Source: Elainellaceae cyanobacterium (GTDB lineage: Bacteria; Cyanobacteriota; Cyanobacteriia; CAZCXK01). From it: a stretch of DNA of 64,000 nt. This document shows positions 1 to 9,457 of the stretch, piece after piece. The notes beneath the pieces are model-generated. The model saw only the letters and a list, made by a program, of their open reading frames with translations. It ran no database searches and had not been told where the DNA came from. The translations under genes and the position numbers were made by a program. The stretch's first letter is position 1; each line of letters begins with the position of its first letter. The stretch spans positions 63,101-127,100 of the forward strand of contig JBNPEG010000021.1 in NCBI GenBank assembly GCA_051117555.1, in the 5' to 3' direction.

Positions 1-108
1 TGACTCATCAAACTGGCTAGGCATCACAACCGGTTCAATCCCCACACTGTGCAGCAGCCGTCGCCGAGCTGAAGAAGCCGATGCGAGTACAAATGTTGGA
101 GTTCCCAT
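1..108 (-). CDS. maf: Maf family nucleoside triphosphate pyrophosphatase (5' part; runs off the window edge)
   Basis: Manual translation from the ATG at 108: [36 protein letters not shown]. This has the Maf N-terminal LASxSxxRxxLL...F(D)E motif. Not in the ORF track. Confidence 0.85.
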   Translation of the reverse strand, partial: MGTPTFVLASASSARRRLLHSVGIEPVVMPSQFDES

Positions 109-148
109 AACAATGCCCGCGATCAGTAAACCAAATTAGTCAACCGAA

Positions 149-238
149 CTATAGCAATCCCAGATGGGTTGTGAGCGGTGGGGCGGCGCCCGCCCCACCG
201 CTCACATACAATTCACAAGCGATTTAGGATCGCTATAG
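149..238. mobile_element. ~90-bp palindromic MITE/REP-like element, family A copy 1
   Basis: Terminal inverted repeats CTATAGCAATCC / GGATCGCTATAG and a central GC hairpin GTGAGCGGTGGGGCGG..CCGCCCCACCGCTCAC. Homologous copies at 1211-1302 and 48131-48224, and a partial copy at 34067-34102. Confidence 0.8.
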
Positions 239-247
239 TCAACCCAA

Positions 248-790
248 TTAATAAACCGAAAAAGAGGATACGACTTGCCGAAACTTCTCTTTCACCTTTG
301 ACCAGCGTCGCTCGGTCGTTGAAATATTAAAGGTAAATAGCTTGTTCCGCCGCACTGCAACACTCGCAAGATTATGTCGAGACTGATTGGGAAGCTGAAC
401 GGCATACTCCAATAGGTAATAGGTCGTGTTGTTCTTTGTAGATGTCCGTGATTCGGCATTGACTAACTCAGCCTGACGCTCAGACGATGCGGCAGTTGAG
501 CCTTGAGCCAAGCGCTGTCCCACCTCGCTGGGGCTACCCAAATCTTCTAACGATTGCCCATCTGGAACGTCGCTAATAATGACGCTGACGTTTTCCGTTG
601 GCTCAATCAAATCATGAAAGACAACATCCGGACCATCCGAAACTTCGACCGGAACCCAACCATTGGGATATAAAAATTCATAACCCTCATACGAGTTTAC
701 ATAGCTTTTCAGACCGGATGCTGTTGAAATGCAACTCTGCAAACTCAGACTCAAGACCACCAAAAAGATTGCTGCAAATCGCTTCAGCAT
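248..790 (-). CDS. psbP: Photosystem II PsbP family lipoprotein (CyanoP)
   Basis: Lipobox SLQSC, followed by GYEFLYPNGW, DVVFHDLIEPTENVSV and the C-terminal VVSSFSVY typical of CyanoP. Confidence 0.9.
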   Translation of the reverse strand: MLKRFAAIFLVVLSLSLQSCISTASGLKSYVNSYEGYEFLYPNGWVPVEVSDGPDVVFHDLIEPTENVSVIISDVPDGQSLEDLGSPSEVGQRLAQGSTAASSERQAELVNAESRTSTKNNTTYYLLEYAVQLPNQSRHNLASVAVRRNKLFTFNISTTERRWSKVKEKFRQVVSSFSVY

Positions 791-898
791 GGCTTAGATT
801 TCCTCAAAAACCCTCTACTACCGGCACTGATACAACACGAGTATTGGTATCACTGTCTGGTATATAGGTTTATTCTGCCATCACGGGGGGCGATCGCC

Positions 899-1189
899 CT
901 AGAGATTCTCTAAAGCATCCCTCCAATCAGGGCACTGATCAGTGTCTCGCCATCCATAGGGATGAAACCCGCAAACGAGAATCGTGCGCTGATTACGGCT
1001 CTGCCCATAGGCGATTCCGTGATAATGAGCGCACCCTATACATGCCCTAGGGCGAGACGTCGGCACATCATTAAACCCAAGCTGCGATCGCAAAATGTGC
1101 TGTTTGCTCTGAAGTCGATGCCATTTATCGTGAGCAGCTTTTCTTAAAAGATAGTTGGCAGTTTTAAATGGGTCCGAGGTCGTACTCAT
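899..1189 (-). CDS. Conserved cyanobacterial hypothetical protein, Cys/His-rich C-terminus
   Basis: Motif CIGCAHYHG...LVCGFHPYG...CPDW, a likely metal-binding motif seen in small cyanobacterial proteins. Confidence 0.7.
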   Translation of the reverse strand: MSTTSDPFKTANYLLRKAAHDKWHRLQSKQHILRSQLGFNDVPTSRPRACIGCAHYHGIAYGQSRNQRTILVCGFHPYGWRDTDQCPDWRDALENL

Positions 1190-1210
1190 AGATGATGTTA
1201 TCTACAGACC

Positions 1211-1302
1211 ATATAGCAAGCCCAAATGGGTTGTAAGTGGTAGGACGGGCTGCCCGCCCCACCACTTACACACAATTCACAAGCGATTTAGAATCGCTAT
1301 AT
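1211..1302. mobile_element. Palindromic MITE/REP-like element, family A copy 2
   Basis: ATATAGCAAGCCCAAATGGGTTGTAAGTGG...CCACTTACACACAATTCACAAGCGATTTAGAATCGCTATAT aligns with 149-238. Confidence 0.8.
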
Positions 1303-1732
1303 ATTCTAGGCTACCCACAACATTCGCTTGTAATGAGATCTAGCGAGAAAATATAAAAAAAGTACACCGTTTAGAAATATTCATAACAGTCTTGTCAAAC
1401 CATTCTAAGTTTCCCAGTACGCTGAAAATAGCCACTCTCATTTCTCAAAATGGATGAACTAAGATGAACTAAATGGTGGTGAAGAACCCGCGCGATGCAT
1501 CGGCTCCCCCTAGACCTAAGTCATGCCCAATTCTGAGACTTGATGTAAGAAACTGCCTCCAAAATCGAAATTCGGGAGGCAGTTGGGTGATTTGTAGGGG
1601 TGCGTATCTGTTCCCTATTTTCGAAACATCTTGTTAGGTTTGGCAGTACCCGCACGGGTACTCTTCACGCCTAAAAGCTACACTTAAATCGCTACACTCA
1701 AATCGAGTTGAACTGAGTATTATAAGAACGCA

Positions 1733-3256
1733 ATGGCTTCTCTCACTCAATCTGCTGCTTCTGCTCTGCCCAACTTGCCCGATACAGTAGATGGCCTACC
1801 TACTATCTGTGGTTGGGAGCTCGAATTACAGTCTGCGCTGTCGCCCAGTCAAGCCGTCTTTTTGCCGCAAACCAATGTGCAAATTGACCAAATTTCAGCC
1901 GGATTTGCGATCGCCCTTCACATGCATCAGCCCATCATTCCGGCTGGCGAAAACGGAGAATTAATCAGTAATCTGCAGTATATGTTTGAGCACCCCTACG
2001 AGGGAGATAATCATAATGCAGGGCCCTTCTCATACTGCTACAGCCGCATCGCAGACTTCATCCCTGATCTAATCAATCAAGGGTGTAACCCCCGCGTCAT
2101 GCTCGACTATTCTGGCAATCTACTTTGGGGATTGCACCAGATGGGGCGCCACGACATTCTCAACAATCTCAAACGCATCACGTGTGATTCTGCCTATCAG
2201 CCATACGTAGAATGGCTGGGTACCCTATGGAGTCATGCCGTTATCCCATCGACCCCGATTCCAGACATCAAGCTGCATATTCAAGCGTGGCAGCATCACT
2301 TTGCTTCGCTGTTTGGGTGGGAGGCTCTGCAACGTATCAAGGGGTTTTCGCCTCCAGAGATGCACTTGCCCAATCATCCTGATACGCTGTACGAATTCAT
2401 TCGAGTGCTCAAAGAATGTGGATATCGCTGGCTTATGGTGCAAGAGCATTCCGTCGAATTGCCCACCGGAGAACCCTTGCAAAATAAGCATATTCCCCAT
2501 CGTCTGGTGAGTCGAAATTCGTCTGGAGACACCATTAGCATCACCACGTTGATTAAAACCCAAGGCTCCGATACTAAACTGGTTGCTCAGATGCAGCCGT
2601 ACTACGAAGCCAAAACACTCTCCCAGACAACCATCAGTGGCATCCGCATCCCCCCCTTGGTGACTCAGATTGGGGACGGCGAGAATGGCGGGGTGATGAT
2701 GAATGAGTTCCCGGCTGCGTTTCGCAATGCCTGGTATGAAATGCGCGATCAGGGGAGAGGAACAACGGGCGTCGTTGGCATGAATGGAACGGAATATCTA
2801 GAGCTGATTGAGGCATCGGGCTGTAATCCTGACGATTATCCGGTTTGCCAGGCGATCGCCCAACATCGAATTTGGGAGCGGGTTGACCCCAATTCTGCGA
2901 CACCCGATGCCGTCAGCAACGCCATTGATGATTTAAAACAGGAAGATTCTAATTTTCATATGGATGGCGGCTCATGGACGAATCACATCAGTTGGGTTCA
3001 AGGCTATGAAAATGTTCTCAATCCTATGGAGAAACTAAGCCGAGCGTTTCATCAAACCATCGATCCGCTCCTCTCATCGCAGCAGGGCGCATCGTCTTCC
3101 GAGAGAATTACCCGACAGCATCGCTATCGAAATGCCTTGCTTCATAACCTGCTGTTGCAAACCAGTTGTTTTCGCTACTGGGGACAAGGCACCTGGACAG
3201 ACTATGCCCAAGAAATTTATCGACGAGGGCACGCTATTCTCAGGCATGATTTTTAG
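1733..3256 (+). CDS. Glycoside hydrolase family 57-like protein
   Basis: N-terminal LHMHQP motif, then GFSPPEM and GDGENGG motifs typical of the GH57 fold; 507-aa ORF. Confidence 0.75.
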   Translation: MASLTQSAASALPNLPDTVDGLPTICGWELELQSALSPSQAVFLPQTNVQIDQISAGFAIALHMHQPIIPAGENGELISNLQYMFEHPYEGDNHNAGPFSYCYSRIADFIPDLINQGCNPRVMLDYSGNLLWGLHQMGRHDILNNLKRITCDSAYQPYVEWLGTLWSHAVIPSTPIPDIKLHIQAWQHHFASLFGWEALQRIKGFSPPEMHLPNHPDTLYEFIRVLKECGYRWLMVQEHSVELPTGEPLQNKHIPHRLVSRNSSGDTISITTLIKTQGSDTKLVAQMQPYYEAKTLSQTTISGIRIPPLVTQIGDGENGGVMMNEFPAAFRNAWYEMRDQGRGTTGVVGMNGTEYLELIEASGCNPDDYPVCQAIAQHRIWERVDPNSATPDAVSNAIDDLKQEDSNFHMDGGSWTNHISWVQGYENVLNPMEKLSRAFHQTIDPLLSSQQGASSSERITRQHRYRNALLHNLLLQTSCFRYWGQGTWTDYAQEIYRRGHAILRHDF

Positions 3257-3322
3257 CCAAGATTCTTGACAGAGTTCAGATCAGAACTGCTAGTATATGA
3301 AAGCTGGTTTGCATAAGCCTGT

Positions 3323-3394
3323 TGGGGTGTCGCCAAGTGGTAAGGCAGCGGGTTTTGGTCTCGCCATTCCTAGGTTCGAATCCTAGCACCCCAG
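3323..3394 (+). tRNA. trnQ: tRNA-Gln (anticodon TTG)
   Basis: Acceptor stem TGGGGTG/CACCCCA, D arm GCCAAGTGGTAAGGC, anticodon arm GCGGG-TT-TTG-GT-CTCGC, T arm GGTTCGAATCC. Confidence 0.97.
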
Positions 3395-3529
3395 TTAATT
3401 AGTTATTAATTCTCACTCTCCTTTTAGTTAGCTGGCGTCTGTGAACGGAGGCCGGACGATGCTCTCCTTGAAACGCATCATGATGGTTTTGGAATGCATT
3501 CCGTTTCTCAAGATGATCGCAGAGGATTG

Positions 3530-3976
3530 CTAAAACGGAATATCGTCATAATCTGCCGGGTCCATAGGGGGCGCTTCGGTTGGAGCTGATGATGTCGCAA
3601 CCTGCGGTTGAGATGAAGATTCATAACTCGCTGTTGGAGCAGACACTGCCGGTGAGGAAGTGCCTCCCTCTAGGCTGCCAATCCGGTAGATTCGCTGAGC
3701 AGTCAGTTCGGCTTTTTTTTCTCGAAACCCCTCGGGGCGATCGAACGTATTCATATTAATGCGACCCTCAATAATGAGGCGATCGCCCTGATGATATGTC
3801 TCCTGAATTTCCTGGGCTAGATTTCCCCAGCCGATGACTTTCAGCGTTTCTGGCGGATCGCCATCCCGCAGCCCATCAAACTGAACCAGCATTTCTGCAA
3901 TTGGAATCTGATTATCGGATGTATAGCGGAGTTGAGGATCTTGGATAATCTCCGCCATCAAGATACAGCTATTCAT
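3530..3976 (-). CDS. ssb: Single-stranded DNA-binding protein (cyanobacterial SSB paralogue)
   Basis: OB-fold MNSCILMAEIIQDPQLRYT...GDRLIIEGRI, a low-complexity linker and the acidic DDIPF C-terminus. Confidence 0.9.
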   Translation of the reverse strand: MNSCILMAEIIQDPQLRYTSDNQIPIAEMLVQFDGLRDGDPPETLKVIGWGNLAQEIQETYHQGDRLIIEGRINMNTFDRPEGFREKKAELTAQRIYRIGSLEGGTSSPAVSAPTASYESSSQPQVATSSAPTEAPPMDPADYDDIPF

Positions 3977-4196
3977 ATCAACTATCTCCTACCCAAATTG
4001 AAACCCCAAAAATTTGCTAGAGCGGATCGATCACGAGTGATGAAATCCACTCCAGCGATTGACTGCAATCTCGCAGTTTTATTGATCGGAACAGAGTGTA
4101 GTCGCGCCATTACATGCCATGAGCGACTAGTCTTCTATTGTGCCTAATCAATAGGCAGCTCGTCTAAAAAGCCTCATGATAGAAGACCGCGAGCCC

Positions 4197-6752
4197 TTAC
4201 GAGGACGTTAACGCCTCCATGTCGGAGCGACTTTCCTCCATGCCTTCTTCCCGCTCGACGAAATCATGCACACGATTGCGATAGTCTCGCAGGGTTTCAT
4301 CCACCCAACTCCGGTCATTGCTGTTGGCATAAAGATGTACCAAGGGTTCACCCGCATCGGGTAATACTAAGACCCAACTATCTTTATCGTGAGGATTTAG
4401 CACTTTAACACCGTCTGTCAAATCCAGCACGTCACTGGGATGAGTTTCGACCATGTAGCGCATTAAGGCTCCTTTTACCAACCACGGGCAACGCACCGTC
4501 ACGCCCTTGTGACAGACGCGAGGCAACTCAGAGCGAAGCTGACCGAGCGATCGCTCTTGAATAGTCAGCATTTCAATCAGCTTTGCGATGCAAAACATCG
4601 CATCAAAGCCTGGATGAAGCTGGGGAAAGATAAAGCCCATCTCGCCACTGCCGCCGAAGACGACATTGGGATTGGTATGGCAAGATTCCATCAGCGATGT
4701 TGGATTAGCCTTCGTGCGAACCACTTCAGCATCGTGGCGCCGAGCAATTTGTTCAACTGCGCTAGATGCGTTAACAGGCACAACCACAGCGCTCCGAGGC
4801 TGAGCAGTGAGAATGATGTGGGTCATTAGAGCCGTCAACAATTCGCCACGAATCGCGCTGCCCGACTCATCCACGAGGATCAGTTGTTCACCATTGGCAG
4901 ACACTTGAACCCCTAAATTAGCATTCAGCGCCTCAACCACGCTGCCAAGCTGGTCAAGCATGACCTCCCGATCTGCGGCAGACGGCATAATCTGGCTGAG
5001 ACTAGCATTGAGTACAACTGCGTCACAGTCAAACTTGTTTAGCAATCGAGGTAAAACAGCACCGGATACGGCATATACGTAGTCGATGACGACTTTAGAA
5101 TTGCTATTGCGAACTGCTTCCACATTCAGATGTCGCTCAAAGCTGGTGCTATAGATATCGATCACCTGGCTGGGATACACCATATTGCCGATTTCCTGAA
5201 TCTGGGCTCGACGGAAATCTTCTTTGAAATAAGCTCCCTCAATCTTTTTCTCACGGGCTTTAGAGAGCGCAATACCTTTGCTATCAAAAAACTCGATGAG
5301 AATGTGGTCAGAGCGATCGGGATGAATGCGGACGTGGACTCCCCCTTCAACGGGAAGCGTTGGCACAACTGCCCGTGCTACTGGAATTGCTGTTGCTTCT
5401 AAATTTTGGACATTGACCCCAACCGACATGAGTCCAGCGATGAGCGATCGCGACACCATCCGGGAAATGCTGCGCTGATCGCGAGATACGATCACAGAGG
5501 AGCCGGTTTTGAGCGTGGAGCCAAACGCAGCACCCAGTCGAACTGCAAACTCGGGTGTAATATCAACGTTCGCCAATCCGGATACACCCCGTTGCCCAAA
5601 CAAGTTGCGATGGGCAACATGTCCCCAAATTAGATTCATATTGAGAATTGCACCCGGTTCAATTTTCTTACTCGGCCAAACCCTCACTTCTGGGCTGATT
5701 TGGGCCTCTTCTCCAACGGTTGAAAGCGAGCCAATCACCGCACCTTCTAAGACATGTGCTCGTCGGTCAACGCGGGTTCCGCGTCCGGCGACACAGGCTC
5801 TCAGATGGGCTTCTTCGCCAATAAGCGCTCCATTCCAAACGATCGGGCGCTTCAAGTCAGCATCTGCTCCAATGGTGACGTTATCTCCGATGACCGTTCC
5901 TGGTTCAATCTGAACCCGTGCGCCAATACGGCAGTTGTTGCCAATCAGGACAGGGGAGTGAATACGGGCTGATGAATCAATTTGAGTGTTTCGGCCAATC
6001 CAGATATTGGGCGATCGCTCGTCATAATCAAACTCTAATTTGACCTTGCGATAGAGCGCATCATATTGAGCTTCTCGATAGGCGTTGAGATGCCCCACAT
6101 CACACCAATATCCCTCAGCCACATAACCATACATCGGCTCGCCTTTTTCTAGCAGCGAGGGAAACAAATCTTTTGAGAAGTCAGATTCCTGATTTTCAGG
6201 CAAATACTGTAGAACATCGGGTTCCAAAATATAGGTCCCAGTATTAACCGTATCGGAAAAGATTTCGCTACTTGACGGCTTTTCCAAGAATCGCTGAATG
6301 CGATGCTGTTTATCTGTAATGACGACCCCAAATTCGACTGGGTTGGGTACATGCGCTAAGACGAGTGTGGCTTTTGAACCTCGTTCCTTATGAAACCGAA
6401 TTGCTTCACTCAGGTCAAAATCAGTGATGCTATCTCCACTGATGACTAAAAATGTGTCATCCAATAATTCAGCGACGTTTTTGACACATCCTGCGGTGCC
6501 CAGAGGCTGATCCTCTTCGACGGCGTACGTAATTTGCACACCAAAATCGCTGCCATCCTGAAAATAGTCACGCATGACATCAGGCAGGTAATACAGCGTT
6601 GCAATGATTTCTGTAATCTGATGTCGCTTAAGCAGATTAATGATGTGCTCGGAAATCGGTCGGTTCAGGATAGGCACCATCGGCTTTGGGAGATCACAGG
6701 TTAGCGGTCTGAGCCGCGTTCCTGATCCACCAGCCATCAGCACTGCTCGCAT
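4197..6752 (-). CDS. Bifunctional mannose-1-phosphate guanylyltransferase / phosphomannomutase-like protein
   Basis: N-terminal [18 protein letters not shown] nucleotidyltransferase, hexapeptide (LbH) repeats and a C-terminal PGM/PMM fold (LFGQRGVSG). Confidence 0.9.
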   Translation of the reverse strand: MRAVLMAGGSGTRLRPLTCDLPKPMVPILNRPISEHIINLLKRHQITEIIATLYYLPDVMRDYFQDGSDFGVQITYAVEEDQPLGTAGCVKNVAELLDDTFLVISGDSITDFDLSEAIRFHKERGSKATLVLAHVPNPVEFGVVITDKQHRIQRFLEKPSSSEIFSDTVNTGTYILEPDVLQYLPENQESDFSKDLFPSLLEKGEPMYGYVAEGYWCDVGHLNAYREAQYDALYRKVKLEFDYDERSPNIWIGRNTQIDSSARIHSPVLIGNNCRIGARVQIEPGTVIGDNVTIGADADLKRPIVWNGALIGEEAHLRACVAGRGTRVDRRAHVLEGAVIGSLSTVGEEAQISPEVRVWPSKKIEPGAILNMNLIWGHVAHRNLFGQRGVSGLANVDITPEFAVRLGAAFGSTLKTGSSVIVSRDQRSISRMVSRSLIAGLMSVGVNVQNLEATAIPVARAVVPTLPVEGGVHVRIHPDRSDHILIEFFDSKGIALSKAREKKIEGAYFKEDFRRAQIQEIGNMVYPSQVIDIYSTSFERHLNVEAVRNSNSKVVIDYVYAVSGAVLPRLLNKFDCDAVVLNASLSQIMPSAADREVMLDQLGSVVEALNANLGVQVSANGEQLILVDESGSAIRGELLTALMTHIILTAQPRSAVVVPVNASSAVEQIARRHDAEVVRTKANPTSLMESCHTNPNVVFGGSGEMGFIFPQLHPGFDAMFCIAKLIEMLTIQERSLGQLRSELPRVCHKGVTVRCPWLVKGALMRYMVETHPSDVLDLTDGVKVLNPHDKDSWVLVLPDAGEPLVHLYANSNDRSWVDETLRDYRNRVHDFVEREEGMEESRSDMEALTSS

Positions 6753-7378
6753 ACATCCTCCTTGCTGTTAGCAATCTCCACTGTGTCCAGCGGCGATTTC
6801 AATATCCGCTTGTCTCTGCAATAATCCAATCTTCACTCGCCACACCAAGCCTCCTTAAAGCAGGAGCCTAGACGATCGCCAGATAAAACCATATCTCTGA
6901 ATCGATCAACAGAACAATTTTCAACCAGGTCATTAAGACGTACCGCCCTACCATTAGCTTACCGAGATATGACGTTTGTCTTACGCCTCCGAAATACTTC
7001 CTCGTCGCTCTACCGAAAATTATCTGCAGAGAGATGTCATCTCAATAAGGAAATCGCAAGTGAGCTTGGGCTGACCTTGTAATTGCGCATATTGATACTC
7101 ACTAACATCAGGTCTGCAAGCACAGTGAGCAGATTTAGTACGATCCTGGATTAGGACAATTGAGCATAGTGCAAAGTGCAGCCAGAATTCCGTTGGCTAT
7201 CCTACACTTAAGTATAAAGACCTCAATAGCAGTTCTTAGAGACAGTTCTGGTTTGATTTACTTATTACCATGATTTAACCGATGTTTTCTACTTATCCAG
7301 GTTAAATCGAATCGTTCCGTGAATATGTGATGACTACGCTGAGGTCAACGTTTAGTGTTAATTGAGGAGATTTGAGTC

Positions 7379-7558
7379 ATGAACCTCTTGATAACTATCT
7401 TATTAATTGTTGTGTATTTGGGGGGTGGTGTGAAATTTTGGAGAGGGTTCAAGCGAACAAATTTTGACCAGGGGCGCCTATATCTGACCTTGCTTTGGCC
7501 TGTACTGCTAACAAATAAGTCATATCGAGAGAATTTTAACCGAGCCCTCAAAGGATAA
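7379..7558 (+). CDS. Small (59 aa) membrane protein, not in the ORF track
   Basis: GAGGAG SD just upstream of the ATG at 7379. Translates to MNLLITILLIVVYLGGGVKFWRGFKRTNFDQGRLYLTLLWPVLLTNKSYRENFNRALKG*. Co-directional with the next two genes. Confidence 0.75.
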   Translation: MNLLITILLIVVYLGGGVKFWRGFKRTNFDQGRLYLTLLWPVLLTNKSYRENFNRALKG

Positions 7559-7602
7559 AAGACGGGTGACATCTCACGCGGATCGGCGCATGTTGTTAAG
7601 GA

Positions 7603-8346
7603 GTGAGTCTAGTGTCAAAGGGGCGAAGCCAGAAATCTGATGCACAAAACTTAGCCAATTTTTTGGGCGATCGCTCATCCGATTGGCAAGCCCAACTTTC
7701 AGCCGTTGCCTCACGGTTCAACAAAGAATATAAACGTGAACCCTTTGACTTGCCGCCTGAAGTTGAGGCAATGCCGATTTTCCGAGAGTGGACAAGCGGT
7801 GCTCTGTCATCAAAAACGGCATCACCATTTTGGGAAATTGCTCAACCCCGGAAGAATCAGCATTGCTTAGATTTAGGGTGCGGGGTCAGTTTTCTAATCT
7901 ATCCTTGGCGTGATTGGGAAGCCTTGTTTTATGGGCATGATATTAGCGTCGTGGCGCGAGATACGCTAAACACAAGAGGGCCTCAACTCAATTCCAAACT
8001 ATTTAAGGGGACTCAGCTTGGAGTTGCCAACCAGCTCAATTATGATGCTGACTATTTTGATTTGGCGATCGCCACGGGGTTTAGCTGTTATTATCCGCTT
8101 GATTATTGGCGCGATGTTCTTGCAGAGGTGAAGCGTGTTCTCAAACCAGATGGATTCTTTGTCTTTGATGTCATTGATTCTGACGCTGAGGGCGCCGAAA
8201 ACTGGGCGATTCTAGAAACCTATCTAGGAGCGGAGGTCTATCTAGAATCGCTGGATGATTGGAAACGTCTCCTCAAAGAATCAGGGGCAAAAATTGTCAA
8301 ACAGCTTCCAGGTGAGCTTTTTCACCTGTTTAAGGTGAAGTTTTGA
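7603..8346 (+). CDS. Class I SAM-dependent methyltransferase
   Basis: CLDLGCG motif I, FDLAIA and RVLKPDG motifs. Confidence 0.85.
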   Translation: MSLVSKGRSQKSDAQNLANFLGDRSSDWQAQLSAVASRFNKEYKREPFDLPPEVEAMPIFREWTSGALSSKTASPFWEIAQPRKNQHCLDLGCGVSFLIYPWRDWEALFYGHDISVVARDTLNTRGPQLNSKLFKGTQLGVANQLNYDADYFDLAIATGFSCYYPLDYWRDVLAEVKRVLKPDGFFVFDVIDSDAEGAENWAILETYLGAEVYLESLDDWKRLLKESGAKIVKQLPGELFHLFKVKF

Positions 8347-9131
8347 CCCCCCCCATCTGGCTGATTGGTGGCACCCAAGAAAGCGCGCGGTTGGCACGGG
8401 CGATCGCCCAAACAGACTGGGCTTGCATCATTACAGTCACCACAGAAGCCGCTAAGCGCCTCTATCCCAATGTGCCCAACGTGGCGGTTTGGGTGGGGCT
8501 GCTTGATGAAACGTGCATTCGAGAGTTTGTCACCCAGCATCGAATTGGAATCATTTTGGATGCGTCTCATCCGTTCGCGGTTGATATTTCTAAGCTGGCG
8601 ATCGCCTGTGCCACCACCCAGGGTATTCCCTATCTTCGCTATGAGCGTCCTGAGGTAGCCAAGTCTGGCTCTCTTACCAGTCAACAACACCCGTTCAAAC
8701 AGTTTGATAATTTATTTGAAAGTAACGTCTTAATCGGTCATCGGGTATTGTTAACCATTGGCTATCGGCCATTACCTCAGTTTCGAGACTGGCACAGTAA
8801 AGCCACCCTCTTTACTCGAATTCTGCCCTCCAAAACAGCGCTCAGCGTTGCCCTAGATTCGGGGTTTACCCCCGATCGCATCATCGCAATTCGTCCCCCT
8901 TTATCAACAGATCTTGAACGCGCCCTGTGGCATCAGTGGCGCATTACGCTGGTCGTCACAAAAGCATCTGGAAAAGCGGGGGGAGAACCGATCAAACAGC
9001 AGATTGCCGATGAACTAGGCATCACATTGGTCACGATCGCCCGTCCATCCGTTCACTATCCCCGACACACCCAGTGTCTCGACGAGGCGATCGCTTTTTG
9101 TCGTGACCAGGCGGAGGGTCAAAACGCCTGA
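8343..9131 (+). CDS. cobK: Cobalt-precorrin-6A / precorrin-6A reductase (CbiJ/CobK)
   Basis: IWLIGGTQES, ILDASHPFA, YLRYERP and VVTKASG motifs. Confidence 0.9.
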   Translation: MTPPIWLIGGTQESARLARAIAQTDWACIITVTTEAAKRLYPNVPNVAVWVGLLDETCIREFVTQHRIGIILDASHPFAVDISKLAIACATTQGIPYLRYERPEVAKSGSLTSQQHPFKQFDNLFESNVLIGHRVLLTIGYRPLPQFRDWHSKATLFTRILPSKTALSVALDSGFTPDRIIAIRPPLSTDLERALWHQWRITLVVTKASGKAGGEPIKQQIADELGITLVTIARPSVHYPRHTQCLDEAIAFCRDQAEGQNA

Positions 9132-9388
9132 ATCCATTCCTTAATCTCATACTCCGTCCACACGCCGCCCGTCCAGTAGGGGTCAGATTCGACCAGTTGC
9201 CGAACGGTTGCCTCATTCTCGGCATCATAGATGCCGAACACTTTAGTGACATCTTTGGTGGGTCCGATGGTGATCAAGACCCCCGATTCTTTTTGTTTGG
9301 CGAGTCCGTCTAGGTGCGCCTGGCGATAGGGAGCCCGCTTTTCTAAGACGTCGTCGCAATAACATCCCCACATGATGTATTTAGGCAT
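9119..9388 (-). CDS. YciI family protein
   Basis: KRAPYRQAHL...GPT...VESDPYW YciI signature. Confidence 0.85.
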   Translation of the reverse strand: MPKYIMWGCYCDDVLEKRAPYRQAHLDGLAKQKESGVLITIGPTKDVTKVFGIYDAENEATVRQLVESDPYWTGGVWTEYEIKEWIQAF

Positions 9389-9457
9389 AACTACCAGCCC
9401 ACTAAAACAGTACTTTTTACGCTCGGTAGCGCATCATTGTCTAGCATTGCAATTCAC

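Noticed and set aside
7345..7572. 75-aa minus-strand ORF in the track
   Set aside because: Antisense shadow of the better-supported plus-strand 59-aa smORF, which has an SD.
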